Positions 47,727 to 54,752 of a DNA stretch of 54,752 nucleotides are shown in pieces. Each line of letters starts with the position of its first letter. The first letter of the stretch is position 1. Source of the DNA: Thermoproteota archaeon. Lineage in GTDB: Archaea > Korarchaeota > Korarchaeia > Korarchaeales > JAOZGB01. The notes under the pieces were generated by a model. It had not been told where the DNA came from. It saw nothing but the letters and a program-made list of their open reading frames with translations, and searched no databases. A program made the position numbers and the translations under genes. Where the stretch lies: NCBI GenBank assembly GCA_037917685.1, contig JAVCBU010000005.1, positions 1 to 54,752 on the forward strand, in the 5' to 3' direction.

Positions 47727-48848
47727 TTAATTGCGCAGCGATAAAACGTATTTGTAAAAGTTCAATATGTCCTGCGAAATTTTTTCCCACGTATACCTTT
47801 TCTCTACAAGCTTCCTAGCTTCCTTTAAACTGTAATTCAATTCTCCATCCAGCACGTTTCTAATAGCACCAGCCAACACCTTGGGATTCAAAGGTGGAAC
47901 CCCCACCCCAAAGCCTTTATGAAGGATACTGATGGTCCCATAATTTATAGCTGCTATAAAAGGGGTTTCGCACGCCATCGCCTCAAGCAAGACCATACCC
48001 TGACCTTCATGTAAGCTAGGAAGCACAAGAACAGAGCTCTCCTTTATAAGTTTAATCACCTCGTCATACCTCTTCAGGAACCCGGTCCAAACAACATTAA
48101 CACCAAGGTTGACGGCCAGCTTCTGAAGTTTTTCTTTAAGAACGCCATCACCAACTACTACGAGCCTGACATCCTCTTTTAGAAGGCTCATTGCATATAG
48201 AAGATCTTCAACCCTCTTATGGGGAGTAAGCCTACCGACATATATAACCTGTCTTTCCTTCCTGTCAGTTTTTATGGAATCTATAAACTGTAGATCTACA
48301 CCATTTGGGATAACCCTTACAGGGACAGATCTTGGTATCCTAAGTTTCTCCTTAACCCCCTCGCCTGGAACAATAACACCGCTAAAAGGAAGCCTACATG
48401 TGTACCACTCTGTGAAATATCCTAGGATGCTACCAATAATACTTGGGTAACTGTTAAACCAATCTTTCAAGTAGACATCATGAATAGTGGCAATTACAGG
48501 TACATCTTTAACCTTCGAGGCTAAAAAAGATGGTGCAACCGGAATATAAGTATTTACATCTATAATATCATATTTTGTCCTACAAAGAAAAGCGAAGACT
48601 TTGATAAAATACTCTAAAGCGCATTTCACACATCTAACAGGAGGTTTTCTCACGGTGAGACGAGATATTCTAAAAACTTTCACACCATCGATAACCTCGA
48701 ACGACCGCGCGAGGTCATAGCCAGTGGTGTAAACTGTTACGTCTAATCCAATCTTAGAAAGCCGTCTGGAAACCTCCCAGTACCTCCTCTCTCCACCGCC
48801 AAACAAGTAAGGGTGGTAAAGTTCAGAAACCAGGGCGACTTTAATCAT
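47727..48848 (-). CDS. Glycosyltransferase family 4
   Basis: GGGE, TIHD, IPNGVD, VGRLTPHKR, EGQGMVLLEAMA. Confidence 0.92.
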   Translation of the reverse strand: MIKVALVSELYHPYLFGGGERRYWEVSRRLSKIGLDVTVYTTGYDLARSFEVIDGVKVFRISRLTVRKPPVRCVKCALEYFIKVFAFLCRTKYDIIDVNTYIPVAPSFLASKVKDVPVIATIHDVYLKDWFNSYPSIIGSILGYFTEWYTCRLPFSGVIVPGEGVKEKLRIPRSVPVRVIPNGVDLQFIDSIKTDRKERQVIYVGRLTPHKRVEDLLYAMSLLKEDVRLVVVGDGVLKEKLQKLAVNLGVNVVWTGFLKRYDEVIKLIKESSVLVLPSLHEGQGMVLLEAMACETPFIAAINYGTISILHKGFGVGVPPLNPKVLAGAIRNVLDGELNYSLKEARKLVEKRYTWEKISQDILNFYKYVLSLRN

Positions 48849-48904
48849 AACTTCGAAGAAAGATAGCTTGAAATCTTAATAAAGATAGGTCTGATTTACC
48901 TCAT

Positions 48905-50026
48905 CTACGATACTAATATTTTATACACGTTCACTATCTCTTTCACCACTTTTCTCCATGAAAAACGTCTCCTTGCAATATTTTGGGAAGCCCTTCCCAT
49001 TCTAACCCTGAGATTCTCATCTTTCAGCAAGGCTAAAATTTTGTTTGCGAAGGCTTTCAAATCCCCGTGTTTAACAAGACAGCCTGTAACTCCGTCTACT
49101 ACAACCTCCCCTACACCACCTACATCAAAAGCTATCACAGGAGTACCTGACGCCATAGCCTCCAGACATACCAGTGGGATTCCCTCAATAGATGAAGGAA
49201 GAATAAGTAGATCTATTTTGGAAAAAAGCTTCGGAACCTCTTTCTTCCTAACACTACCCAAGATTTTGATAGGAATTTTCCCTTCAAAGCCTTTAAGAAA
49301 GTTGTAGAGGGAACCATAGCCGGCTACAATAAGTCTAACCCCGTGTATTTCCCTAATTATTGTCTTCAGTATATGTGGAAGTAAAGCAGCTCCCTTCCAC
49401 GATTCAAGCCTGCCAATATAGCCCAAGGTCAAGCCATTAGAGTTTTTCTTGACGTTAAACTCCTCTGGTTCCACTGCTGGAGGTATCCATGATGACCTTT
49501 TGAGGTCAAGCCCCATCCTTACCGATGCTAAAACAAGGTCCCTCTTAGAAGTCGAGATCACCCAGTCAGAAACTTTAAACATGTACTTACCAACGATAGG
49601 ATCGTAAAAATACTTCTTGAAAACATACTTACTATATCCAACAATTTTAGGATCTGGGAGGGAAACTCCGCCATGGATTTGAAGGACGAGAGGGAAGCTT
49701 TTAAGCAGCTTAACAAGGCCAACCTGATTTGACATTAAAAACAGGTAAGAATGGACATGAACAATATCATAACCATGAACTAGCTCTAAAAACTTGTCTA
49801 AAATCACACTTAACGAGCTAATACCCCACCCTACCCCCCAACTCTTAACTCTGTAAATACTAACCCCCCTAGCCTTCTCATATTCGGGAGCATCTTGGGG
49901 AATCCTTGAAGACAATATAGATACTTCGTAACCCTTCTTAGCAAGCCTCCACGAGAGCTCCCAACATAAAATCCCATGGCCCGAAATTACTGGAGGAAGA
50001 AAATTTGAAACCTGGAGAACTTTCAT
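48905..50026 (-). CDS. Glycosyltransferase family 4
   Basis: MKVLQV, HVHS, IGRLESWKG, EGIPLVCLEAMASG. Confidence 0.92.
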   Translation of the reverse strand: MKVLQVSNFLPPVISGHGILCWELSWRLAKKGYEVSILSSRIPQDAPEYEKARGVSIYRVKSWGVGWGISSLSVILDKFLELVHGYDIVHVHSYLFLMSNQVGLVKLLKSFPLVLQIHGGVSLPDPKIVGYSKYVFKKYFYDPIVGKYMFKVSDWVISTSKRDLVLASVRMGLDLKRSSWIPPAVEPEEFNVKKNSNGLTLGYIGRLESWKGAALLPHILKTIIREIHGVRLIVAGYGSLYNFLKGFEGKIPIKILGSVRKKEVPKLFSKIDLLILPSSIEGIPLVCLEAMASGTPVIAFDVGGVGEVVVDGVTGCLVKHGDLKAFANKILALLKDENLRVRMGRASQNIARRRFSWRKVVKEIVNVYKILVS

Positions 50027-50186
50027 AAGGCTAGAAACACAGCTAAACTTTTTAAATAATTCACTATACTCAGTATTCAACATAATCTGCTATCAGTGTT
50101 CTCTACCAGCTTAAATCAAGTATTACCGCACCTCAATTGCCTTTTTAATTATTAAAAGAAAGCTGTAACCCCTATCTAATCCATAA

Positions 50187-50780
50187 GTGTATGGGTTGGA
50201 AATTATGAGAAAAAAAGGATCAAACATATTCGCAAAGTTAGAATACCTAATTGATCATGAAATCGTAAGGAGAGAAGGAAAAATAGATGGTATCTTGATA
50301 CCTATCCTTGCTGGCATAGCATTCGGATGTTCCTGGGAGAGAATAGGAGTCGGAGTCATTTGGAATTACAAACTTCCAATAGAACTGTTTGGGATACCAA
50401 TCATAATCATTTTAGCGTGGGGTCTTTACGTATACCTTTCATATATTGTAAAACGAAGAATACTATTTCTCCTCCCCATAACATTCACGATCGTAGATGT
50501 AGCATTTCAAAAAATCGGTTTATGGCGAATAACCTCTAAAATAACTCCCTTCAATGTTGTGGTTCTAACCCTGATAGGCTATTTCATCATTTCTCTAATT
50601 ACCAGGCTAACTTTAAGGCTACATCTATCGGAGAATAAAAGGTTAGATAAAATACTGAAAGTTATTCTACCATTCTGGGAGCCCTTTTTAATCTTCTTCC
50701 TGCTCTCAACACTTTATTATTGGAAATTCAACATTCTCTTTCTCAAAATCTATATCCTAAGAGCTATAAAACCCAGCTAA
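50187..50780 (+). CDS. Membrane protein, CruF-like (carotenoid biosynthesis protein family)
   Basis: WERIGV..WNY...LFGIPIIIILAWG and DV..QKIGLW patterns. Confidence 0.5.
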   Translation: MYGLEIMRKKGSNIFAKLEYLIDHEIVRREGKIDGILIPILAGIAFGCSWERIGVGVIWNYKLPIELFGIPIIIILAWGLYVYLSYIVKRRILFLLPITFTIVDVAFQKIGLWRITSKITPFNVVVLTLIGYFIISLITRLTLRLHLSENKRLDKILKVILPFWEPFLIFFLLSTLYYWKFNILFLKIYILRAIKPS

Positions 50781-50848
50781 ATTAACAGCATACGACTTTA
50801 CGTATAACCTTTTAACCTTAGAAGTTATCACTTAAACGTGAGAGCAAC

Positions 50849-51295
50849 ATGGCAAGATCATTCCTTTCAAGGCTTAAAAACTTTAACCCTATTATTCTCG
50901 CTATAACCCTGCTATCTATAGCTATACTGTTACAGGTCTATAGAAGAATTATCCTTCCAAGTACTCCCGGTATAGAACTGTTTTTCCTCGACAATAAAGA
51001 CCAAGGAGTTAAACCTATAGCCATAAGTGTAGATGAAAACCTAACCCTCCATCTGGTTATTAGGAACAATGAAAATTACAAATTAAACTGCATCCTCCAA
51101 GTCTATCTGACCAATAACACCCATACTCACACCATACTATCACGGGAAGTCTATCTCCAACCAGGGGAAGAAACAAAAGTTCAATTAAAACTTAAAATTA
51201 GTATAGTAGGCAATGTTAGGCTCGTAGCAGAGCTATTTGATCTTCAGAGTAATCGCATCTATAGCATATGGCTCCTGCTAAAAGTCAAAGCCTGA
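50849..51295 (+). CDS. DUF1616-like membrane-anchored beta-sandwich protein
   Basis: N-terminal TM then IELFFL...LVIRNNEN...LQPGEE...LLLKV. Confidence 0.55.
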   Translation: MARSFLSRLKNFNPIILAITLLSIAILLQVYRRIILPSTPGIELFFLDNKDQGVKPIAISVDENLTLHLVIRNNENYKLNCILQVYLTNNTHTHTILSREVYLQPGEETKVQLKLKISIVGNVRLVAELFDLQSNRIYSIWLLLKVKA

Positions 51296-51329
51296 TTTAA
51301 CTTTAAAAAAAACCTTTCAAATACTCCGG

Positions 51330-52778
51330 ATGAGAACATTGAAACAGCTACTGAGACTCGCAGCTTTCTCTTTTTCGATATCATTCCTCCTAAGATTGCT
51401 TCCTGAAATACTACTCAAAGGTTACCCCGCAGGATATGATGTAACAGCCAGATACATACCTTTAACGGAAAACTTCACTAAAACATGGGAAGAGGAGAAC
51501 ATGGCCTCTGCGATCTCCTCATTACCAGGTTTACTTCGTCTATCACCTCTTTTCTTCATATTCGCTTCAACCTTACATAGAACACTTAGAATAACAGTGT
51601 TTGAAATGTACAAGCTTCTAAGCCCTACCCTCTATGCCCTTACATGCCTAAGTTTCTCTGTATACACATACAAAGCTAGAAAATTAAATTATGATATCTC
51701 CTTAAAAGCAACACTAATATTTTCCTTTCATCTTGCCTCACTGAGAATGTCTTGGGATCTATTGCGTACGAATCTCTGTCTATCACTAGGATTCCTAATT
51801 TTGACAGCTATAATTACAGCGGGAAACAATTTAACCAGATCAATACTAACTCTATGCTCCCCGATGCTTCCATTAGTTAACCAGCCCGCATCGGTCTTTT
51901 TGTCAGTATTATTCATAGAAGACGCTTTTAAAAACAGGAAAGTTAAATGGCACCTTATATCCACGGCTGGTCTAATTCTTCTAACATTAACTCCCTCTCT
52001 ATGGTTTATGGGCTCCAATTTAATTCTCAAAAACTTACCATCCAAACAATACAAAGACTTTTCATCGTATAAAATGGCAATACTCCTACTCTACATTATA
52101 TTCTATGGCTGGATGATCCCCTGCATCTCCAAAGGGCTTAGAGGATTTAATCTTACCGCATTCTTCTTTACACTCCTAGCTCTTTCTCCATTACTGGTAG
52201 GGGAGTACGCCCCAATCCTAGCTGTACGGTGGCTATTTCTCCTTGTAATTCCTTATACTATAGTGTTCATTGAAAAGTGCGGACAGATGAAAGGAAAAAT
52301 CAATCAGTTGATTCTAATCTTAGTTATATTATCTGGATTAAACTATGCTGGAGGTTACATTTCACCTACATCAATAGCTAGGACTAATATTGGTTATGAC
52401 AAAGCCGTAAGCGTGTCAGGAAAACTATTGGAGGGGATCGGAATGCTTATCCCTCCTCATCTGGCAACAACTTCACTAGGAGAATATCCTTGTAATCCAC
52501 TAGATATTATTAGAGCCTCTTCATGGGTTTCAAACCACTATGAGAATATAACAGTTATAGTAGAGGAAGGTAAATTTTACTTGATACACAAATATGTAAG
52601 AGATTTAAGAGTGATATCCATTCCTGATTTCAGAAGCTCCCTACAAAAGAGTCTTCAATCACTTAATGAAACACTCCTAATATACATAACAACAAAATGT
52701 AGGCCTCTAAATACAAGCTTTTCTAAAGTTTATAATTTTAAAGAAGCACAAGTATACATTATAGAGAGTGGAGATTAA
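51330..52778 (+). CDS. Multi-pass membrane protein, GT-C-like glycosyltransferase
   Basis: LRLLPE...GYPAGYDV..RY first-loop acidic motif, LRMSWDLLRT, ~12 TMs, soluble C-tail. Confidence 0.6.
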   Translation: MRTLKQLLRLAAFSFSISFLLRLLPEILLKGYPAGYDVTARYIPLTENFTKTWEEENMASAISSLPGLLRLSPLFFIFASTLHRTLRITVFEMYKLLSPTLYALTCLSFSVYTYKARKLNYDISLKATLIFSFHLASLRMSWDLLRTNLCLSLGFLILTAIITAGNNLTRSILTLCSPMLPLVNQPASVFLSVLFIEDAFKNRKVKWHLISTAGLILLTLTPSLWFMGSNLILKNLPSKQYKDFSSYKMAILLLYIIFYGWMIPCISKGLRGFNLTAFFFTLLALSPLLVGEYAPILAVRWLFLLVIPYTIVFIEKCGQMKGKINQLILILVILSGLNYAGGYISPTSIARTNIGYDKAVSVSGKLLEGIGMLIPPHLATTSLGEYPCNPLDIIRASSWVSNHYENITVIVEEGKFYLIHKYVRDLRVISIPDFRSSLQKSLQSLNETLLIYITTKCRPLNTSFSKVYNFKEAQVYIIESGD

Positions 52779-52853
52779 CTAAGCTTATGTAATACATAAG
52801 ACAAAGTTATAAAAATATTTTTTATTATTAGAGGGTTCGCTTCAATGGTGTAA

Positions 52854-54752
52854 ATGCATCGTAAAACAATGATGTATGTAATTGTAACCTTAACCCTGAT
52901 GCTCAGGGTGTACGTTCCTGCAAAAATGCAAGTCCAGCCTGAATGGACTTTCATGGTATATCTAGATGCTGATAACAACCTTGAAGACGCTGGAATCGAT
53001 GATCTTAACGAAATGGAATATGCTGGTTCAACGAGTGATGTAAACATCGTTGTACTTATGGATAGAACGCCGGGGTACGACACTTCAAACGGAGACTGGA
53101 AAACAACCAAAATATTCTACGTTCTATATGACCCTGATGGTGTAGATGGTATAATAGACTCCCAAGAAATACTTGACGCTGGAGAGAAGAACATGGGTGA
53201 CCCAGCAACCCTAGTATGGTTTGTAGAATGGGTATTATCCAACTATCCAGCTCAAAAGTACGCAGTAATTCTGTGGAACCACGGCTCAGGGTGGAGACAG
53301 GTAGAAGAAGGGAAAATAAAGGCGGTGTGTCTAGATGACACCGATAATGACAAGCTAACAACATGGGAGCTAAAGCAAGCATTTGACCAGATATACCAGG
53401 ATACAGGGGTAACAATAGACCTTTTAGGATTCGACGCTTGTCTAATGCACAATATTGAGGTAGACTACCAGCTAAGGGATCACATAAACATCTTTGTAGC
53501 GTCAGAAGAAACTGAGCCATGGGACGGCTGGCCCTACGACTGGATACTTGAAAACCTAACATCAGATCCAACAATGCCGCCTGAACAGTTGGGTGCGGTA
53601 ATCGTAGACAAGTATGTCCAGTCCTATGTATCAGGACATCAAAGCGGCTATGACGTAACCCAGTCAGCGGTGCTGAAACAAGGACTTCTAAACGTGACGG
53701 AAGCAGTTGACTACTTCGCCCAGCAACTAATAAACAAAATGGTGCAATATCATACAGAGATGAAGCAAGCAAGGAATAACGTCCAAGAATTCTACTATAC
53801 ATACTATATAGATCTCTACCACTACGCCCAGTTAATCTACCAGCAAATAACAGACCCCGATATAAGGGAGGCTGCCCAATGGCTAATGGACAATATAACG
53901 CAAGCCGTAATATTCGAGGATCACGACTCTTACAATCCAAACGCGAACGGGTTATCAATATACTTCCCAGAAACAGAATCAACCTACGACCCCCAGTATG
54001 AAACCCTTGACTTTGCCGCCAATACAAGCTGGGACGAATTCCTAAATCTTTACTACAATCCAACTCCACAGTACGATGTTGCGGTCACGGTGCTTGAAGC
54101 CCCTCCATACGTCCCACCAGGCACACCGATAAAGATAAACGCAACAATAGAAAATAAGGGAGACCAAACAGCCTCAAATATCGAGGTTAACCTGTTAATC
54201 GACGGAGCCATCGAGAATACTACAAGCATACCAACCTTGCTCTCCGGCGGAAGCGAAATAGTACAATTCATCTGGACTCCAACAGAAGAGAAGGACTATA
54301 ATGTAACAGTAGCTGCAGTATTCCCCGAAGATGAGGTTCCCAATAATAACTGGATGTATAAGATAGTATCAACAACTCCCAAACTAATACTGCTTGTAGA
54401 AGACGACAATCAGAACACAGCAAAGGATGGAAGAGGAGACGGATCATCACTCATAGAATTCCAGCAAGCCCTAGACAATCTAGGCTATGAATACATAGTA
54501 TGGAGAGAATCGGTAGACGGCAGACCATCAATAAGCTTTATGACCCAATTCCCAATAGTCATATGGACATGCGGAGACCTATACGGAGATACAATTGACC
54601 CTGATGATGCACAGCTTCTTGGCGGTTATGTTTTTGGAGGCGGGTGCCTGCTGCTGGAGGGTGACGACATAGGGCATGATCATCCTTCAAGTAGCGACTG
54701 GTTTATGAATAGTGTGGCCCACGCAGTCTACGTGGCCGACCACTTTAACAGC
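52854..54752 (+). CDS. Secreted clostripain-family (C11) cysteine peptidase with CARDB and GATase-like domains; partial, runs off window
   Basis: Hand-translated open frame to the end: MHRKTMMYVIV...WTFMVYLDADNNLE...NMGDP...LWNHGSGW...GFDACLM...ASEETEP...GLSIYFP; then YDVAV...IENKGDQ...WTP; then ILLVEDD...VIWTCGD. Confidence 0.9.
   Translation, partial: MHRKTMMYVIVTLTLMLRVYVPAKMQVQPEWTFMVYLDADNNLEDAGIDDLNEMEYAGSTSDVNIVVLMDRTPGYDTSNGDWKTTKIFYVLYDPDGVDGIIDSQEILDAGEKNMGDPATLVWFVEWVLSNYPAQKYAVILWNHGSGWRQVEEGKIKAVCLDDTDNDKLTTWELKQAFDQIYQDTGVTIDLLGFDACLMHNIEVDYQLRDHINIFVASEETEPWDGWPYDWILENLTSDPTMPPEQLGAVIVDKYVQSYVSGHQSGYDVTQSAVLKQGLLNVTEAVDYFAQQLINKMVQYHTEMKQARNNVQEFYYTYYIDLYHYAQLIYQQITDPDIREAAQWLMDNITQAVIFEDHDSYNPNANGLSIYFPETESTYDPQYETLDFAANTSWDEFLNLYYNPTPQYDVAVTVLEAPPYVPPGTPIKINATIENKGDQTASNIEVNLLIDGAIENTTSIPTLLSGGSEIVQFIWTPTEEKDYNVTVAAVFPEDEVPNNNWMYKIVSTTPKLILLVEDDNQNTAKDGRGDGSSLIEFQQALDNLGYEYIVWRESVDGRPSISFMTQFPIVIWTCGDLYGDTIDPDDAQLLGGYVFGGGCLLLEGDDIGHDHPSSSDWFMNSVAHAVYVADHFNS

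Noticed and set aside
53056-54069. 337-aa minus-strand ORF
   Set aside because: Antisense shadow of the clostripain gene, with no motifs

Overview
Archaeal chromosomal segment from an anaerobic, probably thermophilic TACK/Thermoproteota-type lineage. This assignment is inferred from TATA-proximal leaderless genes, GGTG ribosome-binding sites, tRNA introns at 30/31, and NOB1, Trm112 and DUF835 genes. Bases 1-4.7 kb are a decayed accessory zone: one intact and one dead clan-AA aspartyl protease, a frameshifted Trm112, two TnpB remnants (one with an IS607 tnpA tail), a repeat-containing coiled-coil gene and a NifB/NifX-family gene. Peptide-fermentation genes follow: porCDAB, M24/M29/M28 peptidases, ADP-forming acyl-CoA synthetase alpha and an Fe-S fumarate hydratase. 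This stretch includes an unusual pair, an active M28 peptidase coupled to a 1318-aa protein fusing a ligand-degenerate M28 domain to an FtsX-type permease. Next come two tRNA-Leu genes with 13-nt non-canonical introns, then NOB1 and NAD kinase. A redox block contains a glutamate synthase-like FMN protein, Fe-ADH, hdrCBA-mvhD-fdhB-like genes, a broken HdrD-like gene and an anchor-less Frd/Sdh-like pair. The rest is a PfkB kinase plus CDP-alcohol transferase, a 7TM-DUF835 protein, TtuA, a low-GC surface-glycosylation cluster, and a clostripain-CARDB gene that runs off the right end and is missing from the ORF track. Three genes carry single-base frameshifts in short C/G runs, and at least two pseudogenes show large internal deletions. 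No CRISPR array or rRNA was seen. All calls come from motif reading, not database searches.
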